From Lama glama (taxonomy: Eukaryota), in contig CM052817.1 in assembly GCA_028534125.1 (NCBI GenBank), positions 38,132,001-38,196,000 on the forward strand: DNA of 64,000 bases. The letters run 5' to 3'. The notes beneath the pieces were generated by a model. It ran no database searches, was not told where the DNA came from, and worked only from the letters and a program-made list of their open reading frames with translations. Of this stretch, positions 52,953 to 64,000 are shown one piece after another (the first letter of the stretch is position 1; each line of letters begins with the position of its first letter). A program made the translations under genes and the position numbers.

Positions 52953-54439
52953 AAAGGCAAGATGAGCAACATAAAAAGGACATACAAATGGTTCTAAGGT
53001 GCAGGTGTGAAAGTGTTGTCCTAGTTCCCTGGTGATCTAGTGAAAGGTTCCTGTCTTTCCTCCTCTTCACCACAAGTGGGACGATGCCCTGGAAGGGATC
53101 CACCTTAGACAGCAAACAAATTAAGCTCTATTTTAGTCAGAAAAATGTAACCAGCAGTTAAGCACACTTTTCTATAGCTCTAGTATTTTCTAGTACTTAG
53201 AAAACTCTAGTCATGGAAAGCTAGAAGGTGACTGTCAGTATCCATGGGTTTGCCTCAGTCAAGCACAGACAGCAGATCCAGGTGCTGCATCTTAGTATTC
53301 CAAAGTTTAGATGAATGTATCTTCAAAGTACAGTGCTACAAACTGCACTTCCCACTGTGCCTCGGAAGCTTACTCGCCTTAACATGTCATTTGCTTTTAC
53401 CTTCACTAAGTTTTTTTTTTAAACAATTATTATTGTTTTGCAAACGTGGAAGCAGGAATTCATGAGTGTTCAGTAACTTCCATGAGTGTTGCCAAAATCA
53501 GGAATTCCAAAGCAAGTCAGTCTAACTCAGACTCCCTGATATTTTACATTTCAATGTGCTGCCTATTGAAACTATCTTGATTTGCCATAAAAATTATTTC
53601 TCAAACTGGACATTAGCTACTTTAAATCTGACCGTCTTAACTTCTTCCATTGAAAACAAGTATTGTTATTCTTTATTCATCATTTATAAATAAGCCAATA
53701 ATCATGAAGTTAGACTATTTCTCTGGACATTCGCTTGTTTAGTCTTTAAGCTGAACTCTTACATTTTCCATTGCTTAGAGATGAGTACCTGAAAAGTCAT
53801 TACTTAACTCAAAACTCTTTCTCGCTTTAAAACTGATGTGCTCAGTGAAGTGGGAGGAACTATCTTCTTTGAGAACATTTTACATAGATGGTACATGTCA
53901 ATGTTATCTTAACTGGTCTTTACAAACTTTAAAAAAAAAGTATTAGGAGGTTCTGAGAAGTTAAGTAATTTGATTAGGTACCTGTCACTAATGGTGGAAG
54001 CCCTTGGAAGCCTTGAAGCCAATGCTATCAGTTCTCATCCATTGTCCACAAAAAAGTTCTAGTTAATAGATTTTATTTATTTCAATCTACCACCAAGTTC
54101 ATCCCTACTGTAAATGGCTTAGTCTAACTATTAGACTTGCACATACACTGAGAAATGCAAAGACAATGATTTTACTGGTGAGAGGATTCATTCTAACTTT
54201 CCTTTTTCCTTGTTTGCATGTTTTAAAATTGTTTTTGTTGCTTTTTTTCCCTGCTATTATTAAAACACCAGTGATTTTTGGAATAAATAGAATAAGTACC
54301 AATTTGCTTTTTGTTTATTATATACCCAAACAAATGATTAATAATTACTTCTGTTCACTGTGAAGAAATCAAAAATTGAAAGTGAACTGATTTTCATTTT
54401 CCTGATTCATTATCAGAAATCCAACCTTTACTATTACTT

Positions 54440-54990
54440 TTAATCATTGTTTTGAAATAAATTTACCCTTGCATAGGAAGTTGCAAAAATCATACCGAGA
54501 TTTCCCATGTGCCCTTTATCCAGCTTCCCCCAGAGAGAAACATCTTTGAAAACTATAGTAAAATGATAAAAACCAGAAAATTAACATGAGTACAACATCA
54601 TTCACAAAAATAGAGAACTTACTGGTGCTTTGCCAGGTTTTACATGCATTCATTTTGGGGGTGGGGCAGTTAGTAGAGTATAGTTCTATGAAATGTATCA
54701 CATGTATTGATTTGTGGAACCACCATGGTAACAGTCCCATCACCCCAAAGAAACTCCTTCATGCTACCCCTTTACATCCTCTCCCCACCTTCAACTCCTG
54801 GCGATCACAGTGCAGTTCTCCATCAGTATAATTGTGTGATACAATTCAAGACTGTTATATAAAATGGAATCACCCTGTAGGCAGCCTTTTGAGATTGGCT
54901 TTGTCTTTTTTACTCAGCATAATGCCTTTAAAATCCACCTCAACTTTTGTGTATGTCATTAGCTCATTCCTTTTTTTTCTGAGTTGTACT
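54440..54990 (-). mobile_element. L1MC-like 3' end
   Basis: ttttgaaataaattta...aggaagttgcaaaaat...ccagcttccccca...atataaaatggaatca...ttactcagcataatgcc. Confidence 0.8.
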
Positions 54991-55449
54991 AGATGGAACA
55001 TGCACCTTATGTACCGCTCTAGCTGAGAGAATGTTTAGTTAAGTAGACACAGCCTCTCATCTTTGAAAAAAGGTTGCATCTTATAAGTTTTGGACTCCGT
55101 TTTAACAGAAACCCTGGGTTCAGAAAGACTTAATTCAGACACTAGCACTTTTTCTTCTTAGTAGTAAACTCAAGGCTCTTGACTAAACTAGATCGTCTAA
55201 ACTTCATGCTCCAGAACGTTGTAAAATGATTTTAAAAAATGAAGACGATCAAAAGGACATAAGGCACATTTTTAAGGCATTCAATAAATTCGGAAGTTTT
55301 ACTCTTCAGCCAGTACCCCTATTTATTAAAAGTTGTTTTGGCCTGTCCAGCACCATCTGCCTTAGTCTGGTAATGACACTCTGATGAGGCTAAGGGTAAG
55401 GGAAACAGGAACATAATGCTAGATGGGGGGAAACACACACACACACAAG

Positions 55450-56540
55450 TCCCAGCCACGCTGATTTGGGGATGGCACATGGTTGGACAACACTGAGTCA
55501 ACAATACTCAATAATGGGATTTTTGTTACAATCGCTGAGAAGAGAAGCTCTTCGGCTGCTGAGTTCCTGAGTTCATTGTACCACAACATGGAGGCCGCCA
55601 ACCTAGACTGAAGCCACCCCAGAGGAAAGCAACACTGAGAAATGGAAAACAAGCAATCCCACCGACATCAGTCACATCTTTGGATCTCACTGTGTTTGCT
55701 CTAAACCCATCATTTTTGCCTGCTCTGTGAAAGTGGGTATGTTTCCTCCAAGAATGTTTCCTTTGCCCACTGGCACCGTGTTAAAGCTCTGCCAGTAGAG
55801 GGCATGAGAGAGACACTGCAGGAGCAGGTGGGCTTTGCTGCCTGGTTCCTGTGTGTTGGCTTCCCCAGCACCCGGCTCTCCCAGGGTACAAAGGCTCCTC
55901 AGTGCCCAGGAGCTGCAGCTCCGGAAGATTCTTCTGCATCAAGCACCTGCAGTATATCCTGGGCCCAAAACTCAGTGGCCCGCAGTTTCCCTCTATATCT
56001 GCGCAGTCCCTTTTGTACCAGAGTACCTTCAGTGAGACATCTCTGTGGACTTCCTGGCACCTGAAAGGACACATTTCAGGCAAGTTTCAAAGGAAGGACT
56101 TTCAGAAAGTTCTGCCAGGGCAGCACCACAGCGACTGCTCAGCCATCTAGCGAGCCAAGGCCATGCCCTCTCTAAAGAGGTCTGGATCTCAGCCTGGGGG
56201 GCTCTGTGTGTCCTCGGGGCGCTCAGTCACACCGTGGGGGGGGTCGCGGCTGCTCCTTGTGTCTGCTTTGTCTGTATTCTTGAGAGTTCTTTTTACTTCT
56301 TACTGGCCAATCACTTGATACACTAATCCCCTGTTACAGTCAATAATTCTTTAGATTAAACTTTCCCCGTTCCAAAATTACTATGTGGCTTCTCTCTCCT
56401 GAGTGGACCCAAATTGATACACCATGCCTGAGGGCTGGGCTACCCTCGGCTTTCTCAGTTTTGTGGTCTAGTAAATTCAACTTTTTGCTGATGTTGGCTA
56501 TAGCTGGGTTTTATAACTGAAACTGGAAAAGTTCTGATGT
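55450..56540 (+). mobile_element. MLT1K-like MaLR LTR split by LTR41
   Basis: gaagccaccccagaggaaagcaacactgagaaatgga...tggatc resumes after 56421 as ccatgcctgagg...tttctcagtt...taaattc...agctgggtttt. Confidence 0.65.
55693..56421 (+). mobile_element. LTR41-like ERVL solo LTR
   Basis: ttaaagctctgccagtagagggcatg...gacactgcagg...; end attaaactttccccgttccaaaattactatgtggcttctctctcctgagtggaccc...tgataca. Confidence 0.7.
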
Positions 56541-57600
56541 AAAAAAAATCCATAAAATTAATAAAATGTTTGCTACAGAGAAAATGATCTTAGAAAGTTC
56601 CATACGTGTATTTTTAAAAAGTAGGCTAGATAATCAAACTTAATTAACACAGATTCCAATTCTAGAAAACTTCTCAGCTGCACAGGAATGATACAGTGAT
56701 GCTTCTGAATATGCTGTAAATTATTGTAAAAAACACTCATGAGTAAATTTCACATCTTTGATTCGGAATGTTAGCATACGGAACCAATTTCACGCTACAT
56801 ACTTCGCCGCATGCAGTAGAGAACTCTTCTCTCAGGGAATTGACACTAATCATTCTCTGGTGGTGAATCAATGTAACCAAGTAAATATTAAGTAGTTAAT
56901 GCACTTATATTGATCTAAAGACTATCCAAGATAAACATGTGTCAATGGATAAAAGCACATTTAATGTTAGACACACATATACTAGTAAGCTGAGTGTCCT
57001 TAAGCAGAGAATTACTGTAAGTTATTTTTAGTTTTGGTTTTGTGCTTTTGTTATTATTTTATGTGTGTAGAGAAGTTGGTTCTTAGCTAAATTTTTCCAC
57101 CATGGCTTGTTAACTGGAAAACTCTCCCATTTTTGGCATAGATACAAGTTGTGTAGTCAAATTAAAAGTGCAGAAGTCACAAAATCTGGATGATACCTTA
57201 AAGATACTTCCCAAGTAAGAAAAACAGCATACAGATAAATAGCCTTGTTTCAGATTCTGACAGCCCAAAACCAGGGAAGACCACAATGATCTGAATATGA
57301 ATATTTAATAACTGTTGCCTGTCTATTTCCAACTAAGACACAGCAAGCAGAAACAGTCAAGACAGAGTCTTCCACTAAAGTCACATCAATAAATAGTTCA
57401 AAATTTAAAGAGATATTGAATAAAACCCTCACAAGAAGAGAATCAAACTCTGGTTCACAAGCCTCCAGTGTCTGCTGTCAACAATGTGTGGGTAGGAGGA
57501 GTCACTAGCAAGGGTCTCACCCAGACTGTTCCTATGATTGTCATAAAAGGGATAGAGGTCCTTCCATGGCCAAGAGTTAATAAGACTTCACTTCCTTTAG

Positions 57601-57627
57601 TCAGCCTGTCATCTCCTTCAAAACCAG
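57601..57627 (+). other. Candidate 27-nt microexon on the plus strand
   Basis: agttaat...acttcacttcctttag|TCAGCCTGTCATCTCCTTCAAAACCAG|gtaagt; open in all frames. Confidence 0.3.
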
Positions 57628-58069
57628 GTAAGTGTCCAAGAGATTCTAAATTATTTGAATTAGAGGTCTTGTCACTGAAGTTTGGGGTAGGGTAGGGGCT
57701 GGAATAGGACAGAGATTTGACGTCTTCCTGGCTAATGTGGTATTTTTAAGAAGTGACTTGATTGAGTTCTTCCATAAATATATCTCAATTTTATAGATAT
57801 TTAGAAAGAATTCATGCATCCTTATCTTAATAAATTGTTTTGATGTTTTCAAGGAAAGGTTAAATTGATATTTAAATTGAAGTTTTGTGTGCTTAAAACT
57901 TGGCTTTTATGAGTCAGAAACAAATGAATCGGGTATAATTTTCTTTTTCATTGAGTGGAGAGTATACTAACTTGGTCTTATACCACTATACATGGGAGAC
58001 TCATCTTTCTGTTTCTGTTTCTGTTACTGTATTGGTTTGTTTTCACATTGAAGCCCACCTACACAATAA

Positions 58070-58102
58070 TAAAATGAGGGTAAAATGAGGGTAAAATGAG
58101 GG
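58070..58102. repeat. 11-bp tandem repeat (TAAAATGAGGG)x3
   Basis: Three exact copies. Confidence 0.9.
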
Positions 58103-58214
58103 AAGATGGGAAAATAAAATAAAGAGTTCCAGCAGAATTGAAACCTGATGGGCACCCAAAACACTGGAAAAGGGACACAATTATTATTTACTACAATTAT
58201 GTTTTCTACTACAA

Positions 58215-58385
58215 ACTGTACATGTACTATCTCATTAGGCTTCACGACAATCTCGTGATTATGGCATTATTACTCTTCCATGGAGAAAAAAGTCAAGGCC
58301 AAAATAGTCCACAATTAGGACTCCAGTTCAAACCCTAAATTCTTGGAATCTACAACCCATGGTCTCTCTAATAAACCACACTGTC
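58215..58385 (-). mobile_element. MIR fragment
   Basis: atctcattaggcttcacgacaatctcgtga...ggactccagttcaaaccctaaattcttgg...ctctaataaaccacactg. Confidence 0.55.
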
Positions 58386-61300
58386 TTTCAGTGGGAGAAA
58401 GAGAACAGAAAACAGAGCCAAGACAGAGAAAGAGAAAGTAAAGGTCATCAGCTTATCACCATTTATAGACATTTTTAACCTCTGGGTAACACTGATTCCT
58501 CTGTATGAACGTCGTGTGACTTTCTATATTAATGTACACACCAGTTCAGAGACAACTGTCAATTTCAAAGTGTTAAAATGTGAAAAACTGTAATGTGGAG
58601 TGAAGGAGATAAGGCAGTGAGAGGTGATGTTTTTCAGTTGACTGGGCGGAGCTTCCTTGAGCCTGGATGTTGATCACTACCCATGAAAAGGCTCTTTGAC
58701 TAACTACGTAATTTCTCTTTCCCAGGCCTTATACCTCTCTGGCTGCTATTTGGGGGGAATAACCCAGTAAGTGCACGAGGGCAGATTTTAATTTTATTGG
58801 TTGCAGAACAACATTGTACTGAGCCACTGATGAGATGAAACAGGGGGCCAGACATGGTTACAGTGAGTGTTACTAATTTGAAAGATCACATAATGGAAAT
58901 TTTCTGAGATGACCAAGATAATGTTTAAGTAAAAGAATCTGCAATGATATTTTGAAGATAGCACATTTTAAAAGCATTATATACTACAATTATATTTGGG
59001 TATTAGTTTTTCTTCTCTTGTACTTTATTAATTATGCCACTGGCTACATGACTAATGTTACAAAAGGGTACAGAAAACATCAGCAGAATAATCTTCAGGG
59101 ATATATGGTGTCTCTTTTTTATTCTACCACTTTATTATTTCATTGAAATTCACATATCCCCTAGACAGATGTAAATTGCACTATGAAAGTCACACAACTA
59201 CCTTCCATAGACACAAAGGACCCTAAAAGCAACAGAAATAGTAACAGAAAATAGACACTTCCATTGAAAATCAAAGTAAAAATGTTTCTTTCTCAAAGTT
59301 CCGGAATGTATGAATTTATCCCCTCTCTGTGATATCCATTTAGATTGTTTCATTAAGCTATTAAACATGCCTTTCTCCCTCAGGATAAGAAATACTGTTC
59401 CCTAAAAAAAAAAGGCAAAAGTTATATGATAACTCTTCTTAGTCATTACCTCATACAGTTAAATAAATCACAACATTTCCTTCTCAGGTGAAGCCTCAAT
59501 AAATTTCCTTTGGAATATTCTTATTTATATCCCTATCATTTTGCTATTCCTTTCCTTGTATTATACATGCTGACAATGAATCATAAATTCTCAAAAAGAA
59601 GGCACTGCTTCTTGTGTGTGTGTTTTGGGCAATACCTAGCGTGCTATGGATAGTGGACGAATATTGAAGAAAACATTCTTAGGGACTATTAAGCAAAATA
59701 TACACAAGAGCATTCTTTTTTTTTTTTTTTGTAACAGGAAATGGCCTAATCTCATTCCATCACATATTTTATCTAAGATAAAAAAAAGTATACACAAACT
59801 GAGGGTCATAATTTTAAAGCTTTGAAGACTTGTTTAAAAATAGAATGTGATGGAAAAAAGTTTGCCAGGTACCATAAACAGAACCCAAAGAGGAAGCACT
59901 ATCCTATCTTTTGATTTTTCTGTGGGAAATAAGGTTTAAAATTTCTACTAACCTTATTTTCATTAATCTGGGCTATGTCTTAAAAGCTTCATATCCACCC
60001 AGGCCCCATATTTTAAAACCATATTCCCATATCAAAGCAAACAGCTCTAAGAAGCAATCTTATCTTAAAGTCCAGAACGTAACACATGCTTAACTTTGTT
60101 CCCTTAAGGATTCCTCATTACAGAAACTTATTGTAAATAAGCAATTAGAATTACTGCTGGCAGCACCTTGAAGTACACATTCTAGAGATATTTCACACTC
60201 AACTAAGTGCATCAAACTTACTACCTAGACAAAGTTAAAGCACATATATTCTGTATTATTCACGTTCATAGAAGTAGAGGGTAGTGAATGGTGTTTGCTG
60301 CAACATTTATGACCTCCTGCAAAGACAAAATTTCATTTCTTTAAAATTTATTGGTGTTATGTAACTGGGAGCTAACTTAGCTTTTATATCTTTCAACTCT
60401 CAATTTATCTCACTGTCTCTAATTTATGGGGCCAGGAAAAGTATTCCTCCATTTCAACAAGAATTTCTTAAGTACAGAAAAACAGTGAGTTCTCTGCCTA
60501 CTGTGACATTCTTGAGCCTAATTAAATAGTGAAAGGGAGTTAAACAAGTCCAAATATTAGTTGATGGGTGCAATTTGTTGATGTACTTCAGTGGTGCATG
60601 ACAACGGGGTCTGCCAGAGCTTCAAACAGTACTATTATACATCAACTTGATGATCCTGGATTTCTGAAATAGGAAATATAGTAGCTCTTTGAAATCAGAT
60701 ATTTCCTTAGAAAATACAGCCAAACAGGGATAACGTTGGGAGGAGAGATATATCAGAAATGTTGTCTGAGTGAATAGCATTTTGGAATATTATCCATAAA
60801 TTGTCATAATACCCTTCAAAATACCATTAAGGTGTGTACTCCATAGAGAGCTGGGCTGGAGTAGATGGTTCATTCTTTTATTAGTTCCAGCTACTTTCAA
60901 GGGACAATCGCTACATTTCTTTTTAAAAGAAACCTGTCTGTACAGAAGATGTAACCAATGGGGGTATTCCCAGGATAAGCAAAGGCTAGTTCCTTGAAAG
61001 CTCAACCCTCATAACTGTGTCAAACATAGGAAAATAAAGAACATTTTATTATAATTTTTCATGTCTTATTTCCTCTTGATTGCTACAGAGCATTTCGTCT
61101 TGACTCTTGGCCTTTTTCACTCCACAGAATAGTCAGTCTCTCTGCTCCAGTTTTACAGAATTTGGTAATGGGTAGAGAGAGCTGAGAGAATCAAGGAAAG
61201 AAATTGCTTGAAGCAGGAAGAGAAAATATTAAAAGGATAAGTGAGAAAGGAGGGGCCATGGGCTGGATTTCAGGAAAAAATTTGAGGGTTCAGATAGGCT

Positions 61301-62033
61301 TTGAGGACAAATGCAAGAAATGAAAGAGTTTTAAGAGATAATGCAATGAATCAAGAATTGGAAATCTTCTAACAGACTTTACTGGAATTAAAAATTCTAT
61401 TTACAGTTAGTGGGCAAGTTTCTTTAAAGCAGGCTATGCTATGAAGAGACCATGTGTGCCTTGGCTTTTATACAGGTAAAATCTGATACTCCATTTCTTT
61501 CCAAGTCTTTTATTTTGGATGCTTTTTCAGGACAAGCATCTGTTGAATTCTCTTAATCCTGATCACTATGTTTTCTCTAAAATACAATTTTAAGAATTGT
61601 TAAAGCTTTAGATTTTTATTGGGGTATGGCATTACATTTTTCCATATTTGTATTTTTAAATATAAAATTGCTTCTAGCTCACTCAAAAAAAGCTTGCATT
61701 ATTGAAAGGAAAAGTAGAATCTCTATCCCATTCACTCCAATTATTAATTTTCAAGTGTCATCATGATTGACACTTTTACTGTATGTTACTGCTCATTACT
61801 ACATAAATCCATGAACACAAATTTATTTAATATTGTTTTCAGTTCCTTAAAATTTAGACCTGACTCCAAAACTGAACAAGAATAAGTTTTTCCATCAGGC
61901 TGCTCTAGCTCTAGGGCTCCTTTAAGGGATATACAATGCACAATCATACACTATTGACAGCCTCTATATTTATTTGGAAATCTCCATTTTCCATCAGAAA
62001 CTTGAAGTGTTTTCTTGCCTCCGTGTCTATATC

Positions 62034-62409
62034 TGTATCAGTCAGGATAGGCTAAATGATGCTACACTAACAACCAGTTCCATAACAAAAATTATTTCTG
62101 ACTTACACCATTGTCCACTGTGGGTCAGCAGGAGCCTCAGCTCATCATACTCACTCAAGGACCCCAATGTATGTTTCCAAAATCCCTGAGCAGTAGGAAG
62201 GGCACATGGTGATCTGGACAGTGACACCTCAAACTCCTACCTGGAAGTGAGACACATCACTTCTGTTCATTTTTCATTGGCTAAAGAAAGTTACATGGCC
62301 AAGAATAATTTTTTTTTTAAAAAAAGGGAAGGGGAGAAGTGTAAGTCTGTTATATGACCAGAGAGCTGAGAGCTGAAAATATCTGATGAACACAATTCAT
62401 GACTCAGTA
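62034..62409 (-). mobile_element. MLT1I/J-like MaLR solo LTR
   Basis: tgtatcagtcaggataggctaaatgatgct...cctggaagtgagacacatcacttctgttcatttttcattggctaaagaaagttacatggcc. Confidence 0.8.
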
Positions 62410-62659
62410 TTTTAACACATATAATTTCTTTTCTGGGGTCACCTTCATATCCTAACCATTTTTTTGTAGAGAGCAAGATTTTACATTATTGGCTCCTATC
62501 TTTACCCTCAGATATGCATTTATGGTCTACATGAATATGCTACAGCAGCAGAATTTATAACACTGAAAATACTGATAAGGCAGTTGTTAAAAAATATTTG
62601 AAGAAGACTGTGCAGATTCCTCAAATACGAACATTTAGTTCCAATCTATGTGCTTCCTT

Positions 62660-62693
<34 letters not shown>

Positions 62694-63678
62694 TTTTTGA
62701 CAATTTGTTTTATACATTATTTCATGGTGTTCCTTTCTTTCTGTGATTCCTCACTTTTCTGTTGGGTTAAAAAGGGTGAAAAGAACAGAGTTTTGACTGA
62801 CACTGAACTCTCAATATGTGGCACAAACCTGCCATTTGGATCTTACAGACCCTAGTAATAACACATGTTTACTGATTGAGGTTAAATGCTTGATATAATT
62901 ATTTTTAGACTGGGTTTTCATTTTTTCCAATCTGCTTCATGAAGAACAAAATCATATGTGAAACAGTCACACTAAACTTGGCCAAAAACAAAGGGCTATG
63001 ACTACAGTGCCTGGAAGAATGCTTATTCATTATTCCCTAGACTAGCATATTTCTCAGTAGAGACAAGAACATATACTGTAGCCATGGAAAATCTGGGGAA
63101 CTGGAGCTCTTGAAAATACCATTTATGCTACATCAAACTTGAGCCCACTCAGGCAATGTAAATCTTTCCCATATGTGATGACTGCTTGTTGCCCAGATTC
63201 CAATTCTGAAAGAGACACTGAAAATATATCAAATACTCCCTTTTAATTTATACCAAGAGTCTGCAGCTGTCTTTATGCTTGCAGTTGAAAGAACAGTTTT
63301 CTAAAAAACTAGAAAAGAGAAATATTTCACTCTGGGAAGAGCAAAAAGATACAATCTTGTATTTCAGGTAAATTAAAACCATTTTCCTATCCCAGAGTAG
63401 ATCTAAATTTCAATAAAAATAAATTTCCCTTTAAATTGTACATAACAATAAAATTAAAGACAGTCTAAGTATACGCTATCTAGAATTTTGAATTGCATCC
63501 TAAAATTCTCAGTTTTGGCCCAGGATATTGTAATGGGGACCATTTTCATAACCCCAAATCAAGATATATGTGAGATAAGGAATGATCTATGCTGCTACAT
63601 GAGGTGCAAGAGGCAGTCTGAGAGCTGTTATTTAGTCAATGGATTGCCAAAATTCCCAAGGCATTTAAATGACTTAAA

Positions 63679-63862
63679 GAAGTGCTTTCAAATTGTGGTC
63701 CATGGACCACCTGCATCATTATCACCTAGAGTTTTTGTTAAAATACATATTTCAGGGCCCCATACCAAACTAACTGAATCAGACAGTCTGGGCGTAGACC
63801 CAGAAATCTGCTTTTTAAGTTCTTTAGGTGACTTTTGCACCTGCTAAAAAATCTAATATTCA
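63679..63862 (+). mobile_element. MER5A hAT-Charlie element
   Basis: tcaaattgtggtccatggaccacctgcatcattatcacctag...gggccccatacc...actgaatcagacagtctgg...cccagaaatctgcttttt. Confidence 0.85.
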
Positions 63863-64000
63863 AGGAGTTATTGAGAGAAGACAAGAGAAAGGAATATTTA
63901 CAATCAGGGCATTGGAAGGCAGGCCAGAAATTCAGGCAAGGAAACATCCTTACTTAGACCTTAAAGCAAGGAGATATAAGAATCTAGTAGTCTTGGAAGA

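Noticed and set aside
55781..56326. Cluster of 66-100 aa ORFs
   Set aside because: All lie within a GC-rich LTR41-like element.
1..64000. CRISPR arrays, operons or other prokaryotic systems
   Set aside because: The sequence is mammalian; there are no repeat-spacer arrays or gene-dense tracts.

Overview
AT-rich mammalian genomic DNA, most likely camelid, judged from two tRNA-Ala-derived Vic-1-type SINEs and a cetartiodactyl-type L1 3' end. There are two 500-N scaffold gaps. I cannot support any protein-coding gene: the listed ORFs are short or derive from repeats, low-complexity sequence or gaps. Most of the window is intronic/intergenic sequence carrying ancient repeats (MIR, L2, L1M, MLT1, LTR33/41/78, MER31/74, MER5/20, Arthur1, Charlie4z). 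Repeat families were recognised by eye from remembered consensus sequences, so subfamily names and boundaries are approximate. The main non-repeat signal is a promoter-like segment at about 40.6-41.2 kb (two CCAAT boxes, a GC box, a PBX-HOX site, RE1-like motifs, a CT/CA repeat). It appears to start a minus-strand transcript with several short, mostly non-coding candidate exons further down the window. I could not name the gene. The best sequence-level oddities are a tailless 5'-half tRNA-Ile retrocopy with TSD and possible leader, a nested SINE-in-L1 insertion with a perfect 17-bp TSD, and several microexon-like candidates. I see no convincing evidence of a wholly new biological system.
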